From an uncultured delta proteobacterium (GTDB taxonomy: Bacteria > Desulfobacterota > Desulfobacteria > Desulfobacterales > B30-G6), in NCBI GenBank assembly GCA_963848165.1, contig CAWKCS010000020.1, forward strand, positions 41,180-105,179: 64,000 nt of DNA. The letters run 5' to 3'. A program made the position numbers and the translations under genes. The first letter of the stretch is position 1. Every line of letters begins with the position of its first letter. Of the stretch, positions 9,729-23,338 are shown piece after piece. The notes under the pieces were generated by a model. The model saw nothing but the letters and a program-made list of their open reading frames with translations, was not told the origin of the DNA and searched no databases.

Positions 9729-10898
9729 TCAATTTAGGTCGCGTGGCCTTTCCGTATATAAAAAGCATGCAACCTGGTGATTATTTCCGACCACTGTGGA
9801 TTCTGGAAATGCTTGTTTACAAATCTCTTTAGCATCCCTGCAACGCGGGTGAAACCGACATCCGGAAGGTGGGTTAACCAGGTTCGGAACATTTCCCTCG
9901 ATGCTTTCAAGCTTCCCCTCATGGGAAAACCGGGGAACGGCATTGAGCAGTGCGCGTGTATATGGATGCCGGGGTTCGTTGAACAGGTCTTTAACATCGG
10001 CGACTTCACACAGGTTGCCGGCATACATTACACCTACGCGGTCACAGGTTTCAGCGACAATTCCCAAATCATGTGTAATCAGAAGCACCGATGAAATGAC
10101 TTTCTGCTTGAGCTCTTTTAAAAGATCCAGAATCTGAGCCTGAATCGTAACATCCAGGTTGGAGGTGGCTTCATCGGCAATGAGCAGCAAAGGATTGCAG
10201 GCCAGTGCTATGGCGATAACGATACGCTGCTTCATACCACCGGAAAGATTGTGCGGATAACGTCGGGCGATATCTTCGGCATGGGGAATACTGAGCTTGG
10301 CCATCATTTCAACAGCACGCCTCATGGCCTCTTTTTTTAATCTGTTCTCCCAAGACTTGAGCAGGGGTGTCTTGCTGAACAGCTTCAGGATCAGCGCTTC
10401 CGGGTGGATCGCTGCGAGTCGGTAAAGTGCTTTCAGATAAATTCCCCATGGATTGGTCTTTGAGATGGAAGCATCCATATCCATCAATATCTGTTGGCAC
10501 ATCTCTTTCTTGCGATGAAAAAGAAAACTCTCTGCAACCTGTTCCCCGATGCTCATGATGGGGTTCAAGGCCGCATTGGGTTCTTGAAATATCATGGAGA
10601 TTTTATTTCCCCGCAAGCCCTTCATGGTGGTTTCGGACTGTTGCAGCAGATCGATTGCCGTATCACTTCCATTGTTTTCCGGATAGAACAGAACCTGACC
10701 GCCGTCGATTTTTCCCGGTTCCTGGATAATGCGCATCATGGAACGAACGGTGACGCTTTTTCCACAGCCGGATTCACCCACCAGACCAAAGGTGCAACCA
10801 TGATCCACAGAAATACTCACCTTGTCCAGGGCCTTTACCACACCCTCATGGGTATAAAAATTGGTTACCAGGTCAATGGTTTCGATGAGTTTGGGCAT
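9729..10898 (-). CDS. peptide ABC transporter ATP-binding protein (OppD/DppD-like)
   Basis: GESGCGKS, LSGGMKQR, LIADEATSNLD and CRFHPRC, with a ~50-aa insertion before the signature motif. Confidence 0.85.
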   Translation of the reverse strand: MPKLIETIDLVTNFYTHEGVVKALDKVSISVDHGCTFGLVGESGCGKSVTVRSMMRIIQEPGKIDGGQVLFYPENNGSDTAIDLLQQSETTMKGLRGNKISMIFQEPNAALNPIMSIGEQVAESFLFHRKKEMCQQILMDMDASISKTNPWGIYLKALYRLAAIHPEALILKLFSKTPLLKSWENRLKKEAMRRAVEMMAKLSIPHAEDIARRYPHNLSGGMKQRIVIAIALACNPLLLIADEATSNLDVTIQAQILDLLKELKQKVISSVLLITHDLGIVAETCDRVGVMYAGNLCEVADVKDLFNEPRHPYTRALLNAVPRFSHEGKLESIEGNVPNLVNPPSGCRFHPRCRDAKEICKQAFPESTVVGNNHQVACFLYTERPRDLN

Positions 10899-10915
10899 AA
10901 CTATTAGGTTCTTGT

Positions 10916-11008
10916 GTTTATTGGTTCATTATGTTTCTTAGTTGCCTATAGGAACCGTAAGGCTTTGAACCTTTATGCTGTTCAAGCAACTCAATGAACT
11001 CAATAAAC
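10916..11008. repeat. short-unit inverted repeat spacer (GTTTATTGGTTCATT / AATGAACTCAATAAAC) between ABC genes
   Basis: The arms were read directly. This is a different unit flavour from the AGCT spacers but the same architecture. Confidence 0.55.
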
Positions 11009-11032
11009 TCAAAAATCGCAATGAACAATATC

Positions 11033-11941
11033 TTATCGTCTTCTCTGCTTGGGATCGAAAGCATCTCGCAGTGCGTCGCCGATCAGGTTCCAGGCCAGAA
11101 CAAAAAGCACAATACAAGCCCCGGGTATGGCGATGGCATGCCAGTACTTAAGGGGATCATCGACCGGTCCGACGATATAATTACGGGCCAAAGCGACCAT
11201 CTGGCCCCAGTCGGCATATCCCTTGGGAGCGCCCAGACCTATAAAGCTCATGAATGCAGCAACGATCACCATGGATCCGATGTCCATGGAGGCCATGACC
11301 AGCACAGGGTATATCCCGTTGGGCAGGATATGTTTTCTCATGATGGTGAAATTGGAGACGCCCATGACACGCGCTGCCTGGACATAATCCAGTTCCCGCA
11401 ATGTTAAAATGCTGGATCGCATTACGCGCACATAATCTCTCCATTTTACAAGCGCCAGGGCAATCATGACCTTATCCAGCCCCCTGCCGAAGGCAACAAC
11501 GATGGCCATGGTGAGCACCAGCAGCGGCACAGCAAAAATGATATCCACCACACGCATGATGATTTCGTCGATGATCCCGCCATAATATCCAGATATAATC
11601 CCCAGTGAAACACCGATGATCAACGCAAAACCGATCACAAACATGCCGATCTTGAATGCCGTTCGTGTTCCCCATACCGCACCGTAAAAAATATCGTACT
11701 GGCCCGAGGTGGTGCCGAAAATATTCGTTGAGCTGGGCGGTTTCGGTGTTTGGGAATAGCCTTTATGGGGCATCATATAGGGGTTGTAGGCATATTTGGG
11801 GGGTGCGATATAGGGTGCCAACACCGCTACCGCCACAAAAACAAACAGCAACGAAAAACCGATGATGGCCGACGGATTTTTAAAAATCCGGTACAGGGTA
11901 AATTTCAGTTCTCTGATTCGGGGATGCTGTTTTTTGTTCAT
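11033..11941 (-). CDS. peptide ABC transporter permease (OppC/DppC-like)
   Basis: 302 aa with 6 predicted TM segments and a BPD-transporter EAA-like loop (ELDYVQAARVMGVSNFTIMRKHILPN). Confidence 0.8.
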   Translation of the reverse strand: MNKKQHPRIRELKFTLYRIFKNPSAIIGFSLLFVFVAVAVLAPYIAPPKYAYNPYMMPHKGYSQTPKPPSSTNIFGTTSGQYDIFYGAVWGTRTAFKIGMFVIGFALIIGVSLGIISGYYGGIIDEIIMRVVDIIFAVPLLVLTMAIVVAFGRGLDKVMIALALVKWRDYVRVMRSSILTLRELDYVQAARVMGVSNFTIMRKHILPNGIYPVLVMASMDIGSMVIVAAFMSFIGLGAPKGYADWGQMVALARNYIVGPVDDPLKYWHAIAIPGACIVLFVLAWNLIGDALRDAFDPKQRRR

Positions 11942-11951
11942 ACCATCCTCA

Positions 11952-12983
11952 TCAGTTGAGTCTTATCCTGGGATCGATATAGGCGTAGAGGATATCCAAA
12001 ACAAGATTTATAATCACATACACCAAGCCGAAAAACAGGCAGATACCCATTAATACGGGGAGATCTAATGAGATGGCGGCGTTTGCCAGCCACCATCCGA
12101 TACCCTGTCGGTTAAAGATGTATTCTACGGCGATGCTGCCCTCCATGGAGTATGCCGCCAGCCAGCCGGCCACCGTTATCACCGGAATCAATGCATTTTT
12201 ACGTGCATGTTTGAAATAAATGGTATGGTAATCCGCACCTTTGGCCAGAGCGGTGATGATATAGTCCTTGGAGATTTCTTCAATCATGCTGGAACGCATG
12301 ACCCGCAACAAAATGGCCACAATGACCACAACCTGGGTAAAGACCGGCATCACAAGCCGCGAAATTGCATCGCGTGTAATATCCAGTCTGCCGTTCAAAA
12401 GACCATCGAGTGTATATAAATAGGTATAGCGTTTAAACTGATCGGGATTTTCGCGAATCCAGACGTTGAACCCGTCATCGATAATACCCGGAGGGAATAT
12501 ATTTAAATAACCATAAAAAAACATCAGGATAATCAAAGCGAATAAAAAGGTAGGCAGAGACCAACCGACAATGGCGAATATGCGTGTGGAATGGTCTACC
12601 CAGGTATCCCGGTGGATTCCGGACACCGTTCCCAGCCAGATGCCGAAAATGATGATAATCGGTATGGTATACAGGTTGAGTTCCAGGGTGATGGGAAAGT
12701 AATACCAGAACGCATCCCAGACCGGCATGGCTGCCACAAAGGAATAGCCCCAGTTGCCTGAAGAAACCTGCCGTATCCATCGAACATATTGAATGTGAAA
12801 CGGATCGTCCAGCCCAAGCTGCTTGACGATGATGGGCAGGTCCTTTACCTGCTGGGGAGATTTGACATAGGCCATAGCCCTGCGCTCCGGGCTGAAGGTC
12901 ATGAGAATAGAAAAAATCAGAACCGAAACACCGAAAAGGACAAAGGCCAGAAACAGGAATCTTCGAATGATATAAGTTGTCAA
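11952..12983 (-). CDS. peptide ABC transporter permease (OppB/DppB-like)
   Basis: 343 aa. N-terminus MTTYIIRRFLFLAFVLFGVSVLIFS and the loop DYIITALAKGADYHTIYFKHARKNALIP are typical of this family. Confidence 0.8.
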   Translation of the reverse strand: MTTYIIRRFLFLAFVLFGVSVLIFSILMTFSPERRAMAYVKSPQQVKDLPIIVKQLGLDDPFHIQYVRWIRQVSSGNWGYSFVAAMPVWDAFWYYFPITLELNLYTIPIIIIFGIWLGTVSGIHRDTWVDHSTRIFAIVGWSLPTFLFALIILMFFYGYLNIFPPGIIDDGFNVWIRENPDQFKRYTYLYTLDGLLNGRLDITRDAISRLVMPVFTQVVVIVAILLRVMRSSMIEEISKDYIITALAKGADYHTIYFKHARKNALIPVITVAGWLAAYSMEGSIAVEYIFNRQGIGWWLANAAISLDLPVLMGICLFFGLVYVIINLVLDILYAYIDPRIRLN

Positions 12984-13008
12984 GGAAGCCCGATCATATG
13001 AAAATTGA

Positions 13009-13040
13009 TTTTTGCCTGCCTTTCAGATGGCAGGCAAAAA
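13009..13040 (-). other. intercistronic stem-loop between the SBP and the first permease gene
   Basis: TTTTTGCCTGCC-tttcagat-GGCAGGCAAAAA forms a perfect 12-bp stem. Placement after the binding-protein gene is typical of ABC-operon mRNA stabiliser or attenuator hairpins. Confidence 0.6.
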
Positions 13041-13045
13041 TCAAG

Positions 13046-13090
13046 AGCGACAAGGTCGCGTTTTATAAATTTGTGAAACAAATTTATTTG
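13046..13090. repeat. double-hairpin motif AGCGACAAsGTyGCG...ATAAAnnnG-N-CnnnTTTAT (copy 1 of 3)
   Basis: AGCGACAAGGTCGCGTTTTATAAATTTGTGAAACAAATTTATTTG. Related copies lie at 18639-18682 and 22472-22515. Confidence 0.7.
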
Positions 13091-14824
13091 GTAATGTTCC
13101 AGAAAAATTCAACAGTCTGCGAGAACATGGGATTGCGGTTGTATCCTTTTACATAGTCACGATAGACAAACAGTTCCAGGGGTTGGAACAGGGCGATGCC
13201 CAGGGCGTCTTCGTACCAGATGTTTTGCAGTTTGTCGTAAGCTGCTGCACGCTTGTCCGGTTCGACGTTTTCGATCCCGTCTTTAAGAAGTTTGTCCACG
13301 TCCGGATTGTTATACCCCATGTACTTGCCGTATGTCCCATTTGAGCTCATGTAGGGATACATGAAGTTGTGAGGATCTGGATAATCGGCACCCCATCCAA
13401 TGATGAAAATGGGATAACGGAATTGACGGATGGCCGGCATGTAATCCTTCCAATCCACATTGCGAACCTCGATCTGGAATTTGGGATTCAGGGATTCGAT
13501 ATTTTCTTTTAACATCAGGGCTGCAGCTTCCCGTTCTTCCCGGCCGGTATTGTGGGTGATGATCATCTTGAAACCCTTTTCCCAGACCTTACCCCCCCAG
13601 GCTTTTTTCATGTATGCTTCAGATTTTTTCAGATCGAATGCGTACATGGGCATATCTTTTTTATATGCCAGTCCACTGATCAGGGGTGTTCCCGGGAGTG
13701 AGCCCAGATCGTTGAGCACTTCTTTGAGAAAGGTATCCCCGTCGTAGGCGTGCATGAAAGCCTTACGTACGTTGATATCACTGAAAAAATCGGGTGGAAT
13801 GCCTTCACCATCCAGTTTTCCGCTTCCGATACTGGGATTGCCCGTGGGGTCGATTTTCTGGCAAAACAGCGCGCCGGTAACCGCCAACTGAGGAAGTTTT
13901 GTAATCTTGACCCCTTTCATACCTTCGACTTCATGCAGAAAGGTCTTGCCCACGTGGATACGGTCGGCATCGCCGGCCTTGAGCATCAACATACGGGTGG
14001 CGTGCTCGGGAACATATTTGACAATGGCGGTCTTGATGGTCGGTTTGGGACCCCAATATCCGTCGAATCTTTCAAACACAAACTGCTTGGAAGTTTCCCA
14101 GAGTCTCAGTTTATAAGGTCCGGTACCGTTCGCTATGGCCCGCAGGGGCTCTTTGCCTTCGGCCGGCTTGTTGTATTTGGCAGCGTTGGCGATGTTACCG
14201 TCCCAGCATCCATTGGCAATGGCCCATTCCTTGTCCAGTACCGCGGCCGAGGAATAGCAGAGGATGCCCAGCAAGGGGGGATACGCTTTGGGCAGGTGAA
14301 GAATCACCTTGTCTCCCTTGGCTTCCACGGCCATGTCGATTTTTTCGAAAATACCGGGGGCTATCTGGTCGTCTTTTCGGGTGGTATCGTCACCGGTCAG
14401 CGCTTCCAGCATCATCCACATGGGCCCACCTGCAGGGTCGCTGATCATGGCCCGTTTAAAAGAATACACCACATCCTCGGGTGTCAGGTCGCCGCCTTCA
14501 TGAAACTTCACACCCTTGCGTATGGTAAATGTGTAGGTTTTACCGTCAGCGGAAATACCGCCGTTTTCCACGCTGGGTACTTCTGTGGCCAGGATCGGGG
14601 AAAACTGGTCCGTATAGGGATCTTTGAAGAAAATCAGATTCTGGTAAATGGTATACAGTTTGGCTGCGCCTGCATTGTCATAGACTTTGGCCGGATCCAG
14701 GGTTTCCACAGATCCGATATCCGCCAGGACGAATGTGTCCGGGTTCTTTCACCTGTGCGTAAGTGGCTGTGACCCCCATGACAAAAACCAGACTAAGAAC
14801 CAGGATGAATAATAATTTTTTCAT
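13084..14824 (-). CDS. family 5 extracellular solute-binding protein (peptide/nickel type); apparent frameshift at 14739-14743
   Basis: The track ORF 13084-14709 is the mature SBP_bac_5-like domain. A signal peptide MKKLLFILVLSLVFVMGVTATYAQVKEPG starts at the ATG 14822-14824 in another frame. The mature frame reads ...DTFVLADIGSVETLDPAKVYDN directly after it. The frames switch within the CCGGG run. Confidence 0.8.
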
Positions 14825-15060
14825 AATATCTCCTTTTCTCTTTATGATTCAAAATCATATGGCCCCAGCGAATCAAGGCCGGTTCTTATTTCGAATCCCT
14901 GTCGGCAGAACTTTCAGGGAGCTTTTTATCTGGAGAGGGTTCTTCTGCTGATCGCCGAAATCTTGCTGCGAAGATCTTAAAATAGAATCTTTATTGGTGT
15001 TGGATGTTTGTGTCAACACTAAATCGCAATTAAGTTGTATGAAGGGGGATGAAGCGGATA

Positions 15061-15108
15061 AAAAATATTGCCGTCAAGGGGGCGGGCGCGTTGCTGGACG
15101 CCCCCTTG
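15061..15108 (-). terminator. stem-loop downstream of the hsp20 remnant
   Basis: CAAGGGGGCG (15075-15084) pairs with CGCCCCCTTG (15099-15108). A T-rich stretch follows on the minus strand. Confidence 0.5.
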
Positions 15109-15121
15109 ATTTCCTAAAAAT

Positions 15122-15235
15122 TTATTGAACCGTGATCTGTCTGGGTTTGCTATCCACCGGTTTCGGGATTTCGACCTTCAGCAGGCCGTCTTTGTAAGCC
15201 GCCTTGATGTCCTCGGCATTTACATTTACAGGACA
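15122..15235 (-). pseudogene. remnant of an Hsp20/alpha-crystallin small heat-shock gene (C-terminal ~36 codons only)
   Basis: The reverse strand reads ...PVNVNAEDIKAAYKDGLLKVEIPKPVDSKPRQITVQ*, which matches the conserved C-terminus of sHSPs (LPxxVdxdkIkAxykdGvLxvxxPK). There is no start codon and no alpha-crystallin core upstream, and a stop in the same frame lies at 15287. Confidence 0.45.
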
Positions 15236-15271
15236 ACTTGACAACCATACCGGAACCGGTATACCGATGCC

Positions 15272-16648
15272 ATGATGAAACTGCTTTTAATCTCCCCGAA
15301 TATTGAATTTCTGCCGGATCCGATTTTCCCGCTGGGGCTGGCGTATATTGCCGCGGCCCTCAAAAGGCGGGGAATCGATCATCGCATCCTGGATCTCTGT
15401 TTTGTCGCGGATGTGGAAGCTGAACTGGCTGCTGAAATTGCATCCTACCGGCCCGATCTCATCGGTCTTTCCCTCAGGAATCTGGACAATGTCAGCTATC
15501 CGAAATATACTTCCTACCTGCCGTTTTACCGGGAAGTGATCGACATCATACGACGCCATACCGACAGCCGCATCATCCTGGGTGGAAGCGCTTTTTCCCT
15601 GATGCCGAATGAGATACTTGCCTATCTGGGCGCGGATTTCGGTATTGTGGGAGAAGGGGAGCTGGCCATCATCAAGCTCCTGGAGCGGATCGAAACAGTG
15701 CAAAAGACAGGAAAACAACTGGAGAAGTGCATCCTGCGGGATCAGGATGTCGGTGTTATCCAGAAACTGGATGAACATCCGGCTCCTGACCGGTCAAGGC
15801 TTGACAATGCCGCCTATCTGGAATTCGGCGGCATGGGTAATCTTCAGACCAAGAGAGGATGTCCGTTCAGGTGTATTTACTGCACCTATCCCATCATCGA
15901 GGGGCGCAATGTCCGCTTGAGAAATCCTAAACAGATCTGTGACGAAATTGAATCTCTGACGGAACGCGGAATACGCAATATCTTTATCGTGGACAATGAA
16001 TTCAACTATCCTGTGGAACATGCTCAGTTTGTCTGCCATGAAATCATAAAAAGGAAATTGAAAATCAAGTGGAGTGGGTATGCCAATCCCAAGTTCATCC
16101 AGCCCAGGCTTGTGGCGTTGATGCGGGATTCGGGATGTAGCGGTATCGAGTTCGGAAGCGATGCTGCAAATCCTTTTATGCTGAAACAGATGGGCAAGGC
16201 ATTTACCCTGGAAGAAATGATTCGGGCCTCCGAGCTTTGCCACAGTTCAGGGCTGTCCTTCTGTCATTCTCTTCTGATTGGGGGGCCTGGTGAAACCATG
16301 CAGACGGTCCGGCGCACCTTCGATGCCATTCTGGCCATGTCGCCCACGGCCGTTGTCTGCATGGTGGGGATTCGTGTTTTTCCTGGAACACGGTTGTTTG
16401 AGATCGCCAAAAAAGAAGGCAGCATCCAGCCGGGTCAGAACCTCCTGGAACCCAGCTTTTATCTGTCACCGGAAATTAAGGATACGATTTTGTCTTTTGT
16501 GGAAACATTCTCAAAAGAACATCCCACCTGGATATTCCCGGGCATGGAGATCAACATCAACCGGACGCTGCAGAAGAAAATTCGTCGCCTGGGGGCCAGG
16601 GGGCCCTTGTGGGAATATATGAAAATGGGGCAGCGCTTTAAACCATAG
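15272..16648 (+). CDS. B12-binding-domain radical SAM protein (class B)
   Basis: 458 aa with an N-terminal cobalamin-binding-like Rossmann region (LLLISPN...PLGLAYIAAAL) and the radical SAM cluster motif RGCPFRCIYCTYP (CX3CX2C). Confidence 0.8.
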   Translation: MMKLLLISPNIEFLPDPIFPLGLAYIAAALKRRGIDHRILDLCFVADVEAELAAEIASYRPDLIGLSLRNLDNVSYPKYTSYLPFYREVIDIIRRHTDSRIILGGSAFSLMPNEILAYLGADFGIVGEGELAIIKLLERIETVQKTGKQLEKCILRDQDVGVIQKLDEHPAPDRSRLDNAAYLEFGGMGNLQTKRGCPFRCIYCTYPIIEGRNVRLRNPKQICDEIESLTERGIRNIFIVDNEFNYPVEHAQFVCHEIIKRKLKIKWSGYANPKFIQPRLVALMRDSGCSGIEFGSDAANPFMLKQMGKAFTLEEMIRASELCHSSGLSFCHSLLIGGPGETMQTVRRTFDAILAMSPTAVVCMVGIRVFPGTRLFEIAKKEGSIQPGQNLLEPSFYLSPEIKDTILSFVETFSKEHPTWIFPGMEININRTLQKKIRRLGARGPLWEYMKMGQRFKP

Positions 16649-16750
16649 ACTGTTAGCACATGAGGCTGTAGCATATCAGACTGTAGGCTGTTAGGCTGCT
16701 TACCGTCACTAACCTATAGCCTAATAGTCTACAGCCTAAGCAACCTAATT
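16647..16750. repeat. short-unit palindromic spacer (CTGTAGGC/GCCTA units) after the radical SAM gene
   Basis: GACTGTTAGCACATGAGGCTGTAGCATATCAGACTGTAGGCTGTTAGGCTGCTTACCGTCACTAACCTATAGCCTAATAGTCTACAGCCTAAGC. Confidence 0.7.
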
Positions 16751-16768
16751 TATACAAGGAGTACATTC

Positions 16769-18382
16769 ATGAGCGCGTTTAAATTTCAGGAAATGTTTCC
16801 GCTGAAGGAAGATACCACCGAATACCGTCTACTGAGCACTGACCATGTTACGGTCACCCGCTATGCGGAAAGGGATATTGTCAACATAGCGCCGCAGGCT
16901 TTATCCCTGCTTTCAGAGGAGGCCTTCAGAGACGTGTCCCATCTCTTGAGAACCTCACACCTCCAAAAGGTCTCCGCCATCCTGGATGATCCCCAGGCGT
17001 CTCAGAATGACAGATTTGTGGCGCTGGAATTGCTTCGCAATGCCGTGATTTCGTCTGAGGGCGAATTTCCCATGTGTCAGGATACCGGAACCGCCATCGT
17101 CATCGGTAAAAAGGGCCATCGTGTCATGACCGATGGCTCGGATGAGGAGGCTTTGTCTTACGGTGTGTTCAATGCCTACCAGAAGAACAATTTACGTTAC
17201 TCCCAGAACGCACCCCTTTCCATGTATGAAGAGCAAAACACGCTCTGCAATCTCCCGGCCCAGATCGAGTTGTACGCCACCAAAGGTGATTCATACGGGT
17301 TCCTGTTCGTGGCCAAGGGGGGCGGGTCTGCCAACAAAACCTATTTGTTCCAGGAGACCAAGGCACTCCTGAACCCGGAATCATTGGTGGCTTTTATGAA
17401 AGCAAAAATGAAGCTGCTCGGCACGGCCGCCTGTCCACCCTATCATCTGGCCTTTGTCGTGGGGGGTACCTCGGCCGAATTCAACCTTAAGACCGTCAAA
17501 CTGGCGAGTGCCGGGTATCTGGACGGACTCCCGGTGAAGGGAAGTTCTTCCGGGCATGCGTTCAGGGATAGGGAACTCGAGGATGAGGTCCAGGCCTTGT
17601 CCCGGGAGTCGGGGATAGGGGCACAATTCGGCGGCAAGTATTTCTGTCTGGATACCCGGGTGATCAGGCTGCCGCGGCACGGGGCCTCCTGTCCTGTGGG
17701 GATAGGTGTCAGCTGCAGTGCCGACCGTAATATCAAGGCCAAGATATCGCGTGAGGGTATTTTTCTCGAGAAACTGGAAACGAATCCCTCAAGATTTCTT
17801 CCGGAAGTGGTTTCCACAGGGGAGACAGCCGTACCCATCGATCTTGACCAGCCCATGATACATATTCGGGCTGAGTTGAGTCGTTACCCGGTCAGGACAC
17901 CCCTCCTTCTATCCGGCAAGATTATCGTCGCCAGGGATATTGCCCACGCGAAGCTTAAAGAGCGTATCGATCAAGGTGGTGAATTGCCACAGTATTTCAA
18001 AGATCATATTGTTTATTACGCCGGACCTGCCAAAACCCCGGCAGGACATGCTTCCGGCTCATTCGGCCCGACCACGGCGGCCAGAATGGACCCCTATGTG
18101 CCTGTTTTTCAGAAGCTGGGTGGCTCCCTCGTGATGCTGGCAAAAGGAAACCGTTCCAGGATCGTTACCGATGCATGCAGGGAAAATGGTGGTTTTTATC
18201 TCGGTTCCATCGGCGGACCGGCTGCCAGACTCGGCCGGGACTGTATCACCGCCATGAAGGTACTCGCTTACGAGGAACTCGGCATGGAGGCGATCTTTGA
18301 AATTACGGTAAAAGACTTTCCGGCATTTATCCTGATCGACGATAAGGGCAATGATTTTTTTGAGGCACTGCTGGGTTGTTAA
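16769..18382 (+). CDS. fumA: class I (Fe-S dependent) fumarate hydratase
   Basis: 537 aa. [30 protein letters not shown]...[16 protein letters not shown]...[15 protein letters not shown]...NLPAQIELY is closely similar to FumA/FumB-type enzymes. Confidence 0.9.
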   Translation: MSAFKFQEMFPLKEDTTEYRLLSTDHVTVTRYAERDIVNIAPQALSLLSEEAFRDVSHLLRTSHLQKVSAILDDPQASQNDRFVALELLRNAVISSEGEFPMCQDTGTAIVIGKKGHRVMTDGSDEEALSYGVFNAYQKNNLRYSQNAPLSMYEEQNTLCNLPAQIELYATKGDSYGFLFVAKGGGSANKTYLFQETKALLNPESLVAFMKAKMKLLGTAACPPYHLAFVVGGTSAEFNLKTVKLASAGYLDGLPVKGSSSGHAFRDRELEDEVQALSRESGIGAQFGGKYFCLDTRVIRLPRHGASCPVGIGVSCSADRNIKAKISREGIFLEKLETNPSRFLPEVVSTGETAVPIDLDQPMIHIRAELSRYPVRTPLLLSGKIIVARDIAHAKLKERIDQGGELPQYFKDHIVYYAGPAKTPAGHASGSFGPTTAARMDPYVPVFQKLGGSLVMLAKGNRSRIVTDACRENGGFYLGSIGGPAARLGRDCITAMKVLAYEELGMEAIFEITVKDFPAFILIDDKGNDFFEALLGC

Positions 18383-18468
18383 TCCGGTTTTTATATGGTT
18401 TAGCGTTTGTCAGAATATCGTTCTGAAGCAGCTTCGGCAAATCACGGCAAACAGCCGCTCGAACTTGC

Positions 18469-18575
18469 AAATATACCGCTTGTCATAATAAGTTCCGAAA
18501 ATAGGATGGCGGCATAAGGGGTTGTAGCAGAAAAATGGTCCTCAATCGGAACGTTTTTCTGACAACCCCTATAAG
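18469..18575 (+). repeat. ~106-bp element with an internal 17-bp hairpin (copy 1)
   Basis: AAATATACCGCTTGTCATAATAAGTTCCGAAAATAGGATGGCGGCATAAGGGGTTGTAGCAGAAAAATGGTCCTCAATCGGAACGTTTTTCTGACAACCCCTATAAG. About 94% identical to the reverse complement of 24113-24220. Confidence 0.9.
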
Positions 18576-18638
18576 CGCTCGTAAGGAACACCAGCTGCCA
18601 AGCAGGTAAAATCAAATTAATTTGGACTATTAAAAAAA

Positions 18639-18682
18639 AGCGACAACGTCGCGTCAAATAAAATCGCGAAGCGATTTTATTG
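18639..18682. repeat. double-hairpin motif (copy 2 of 3)
   Basis: AGCGACAACGTCGCGTCAAATAAAATCGCGAAGCGATTTTATTG. Confidence 0.7.
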
Positions 18683-18684
18683 GT

Positions 18685-18713
18685 TGTTTACAAACCCTTC
18701 CAGTTGGTATAAT
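18685..18713 (+). promoter_or_regulatory. candidate sigma70 promoter of the PFOR gene (extended -10)
   Basis: Perfect TATAAT at 18708-18713, preceded by TGg (extended -10). The -35 (TTGTTT/TGTTTA) is weak. It lies ~90 nt upstream of the ATG at 18802. Confidence 0.5.
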
Positions 18714-18783
18714 CTAAAAAATTCTTTTGGCATAGCTAAAAAATAAAATTGCAGAGACCATGGATACCACGCGGGTCTAATAA

Positions 18784-22353
<3,570 letters not shown>

Positions 22354-22376
22354 ACGGCAAGCGATGACGGAAAAAC

Positions 22377-22407
22377 ATAAAATCCCCCTGTATCGGGGGA
22401 TTTTATG
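22377..22407. terminator. bidirectional rho-independent terminator between convergent por and thioesterase genes
   Basis: ATAAAATCCCCC-tgtatc-GGGGGATTTTAT: a 12-bp stem with A/T runs on both sides. Confidence 0.75.
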
Positions 22408-22471
22408 TTTAAATCCAATCCGATCCAGTGATTTCGTGACGAGCTATTGCCTGAGAATTTGCTTCTATTAA

Positions 22472-22515
22472 AGCGACAAGGTTGCGTTAGATAAAATCGT
22501 TATACGATTTTATTG
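22472..22515. repeat. double-hairpin motif (copy 3 of 3)
   Basis: AGCGACAAGGTTGCGTTAGATAAAATCGTTATACGATTTTATTG. It overlaps the stop codon of the PaaI-like gene. Confidence 0.7.
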
Positions 22516-23000
22516 ATCAAACAGGTGCTGGTGGCGTGGGCATGCAGTTTTTCATTTGCATCGAAAAGGCGTCCTTCGGCCGTTGCAACCCGCTTTCCGG
22601 CATGAATGACATTTGCTTTGGCCGTTACCAGGCCTGTCCTGCTGCTTACCGGACGAATAAAATTAATCTTCAATTCCAGTGTGGAGCAGGCCTTGCCTGG
22701 GGGCAGGAGGGTCATAACGGCGGCTGTCATGGCTGTGTCCAGCAGGGTGGAGAGCATACCACCGTGAACGGTTGAGAACGGGTTGTAGTGATATTCGGAC
22801 GGGTTGAGTTCAAACACGGCCTGCCCGGTATCGACGTTCACGATGTGATATCCCACCAGACGGGCTGCCGGTGGTGGCGCAATGCGACCATCCCTGAGGG
22901 CGCAAAGATAGTCCAAACCACTGATATTTTGCGTGTCCCTCGAACTGATCTGTGGATCTTCCCATTGAATGGTTCGGGTGCGTTTTGGCATTATGGACAC
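22500..23000 (-). CDS. PaaI-family hotdog thioesterase
   Basis: 166 aa. NPFSTVHGGMLSTLLDTAMTAAV and the GRLFDANEKLHAHATSTCLI pattern are typical of PaaI / 'uncharacterized domain 1' thioesterases. Confidence 0.7.
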   Translation of the reverse strand: MSIMPKRTRTIQWEDPQISSRDTQNISGLDYLCALRDGRIAPPPAARLVGYHIVNVDTGQAVFELNPSEYHYNPFSTVHGGMLSTLLDTAMTAAVMTLLPPGKACSTLELKINFIRPVSSRTGLVTAKANVIHAGKRVATAEGRLFDANEKLHAHATSTCLINKIV

Positions 23001-23091
23001 CTCCTATGGTACTGCTGTTTAGTTGTAGAGGGGTATAATCGGAGTGTTTTCATTTGTGTATAGCATACATATGGAGAATTTCTAAAGATAA

Positions 23092-23283
23092 ACGTCCAAC
23101 ATCGAACGCTGAACGTCCAACGTCGAATGAAAAGAATGTTGAAGAATATCGCGGCAAGACTTTCCTGCAAGCTCAGTTGAGGCGCGATGGAGAATGCGCT
23201 TGCTGTTACTGTTCAATACGGGCGTCTGTTTCTTCATATCTCAAATTCAACATTCGATGTTGGGCGTTCGATGTTCGATGTTC
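23092..23283. repeat. 192-bp MITE-like copy of the 8574-family element with ~35-bp imperfect terminal inverted repeats
   Basis: Left end ACGTCCAACATCGAACGCTGAACGTCCAACGTCGAATG. Right end CATTCGATGTTGGGCGTTCGATGTTCGATGTTC. The interior (GAAGAATATCGCGGCAAGAC...) is a diverged version of the GAAGAACCTCGCAGCAAGC core. Confidence 0.75.
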
Positions 23284-23338
23284 AAATTCATTTTTGGAGA
23301 CCGGGTTGTGTGTCGACACCATAGGATTGGATACGGAC

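Noticed and set aside
23054-23338. N-terminal 95 codons of the track ORF 23054-23992
   Set aside because: They are encoded entirely by the MITE-like repeat (peptides such as NAERPTSNEKN and RCWAFDVRC recur in other frames at other copies). The conserved YkgJ domain starts after the ATG at 23339.
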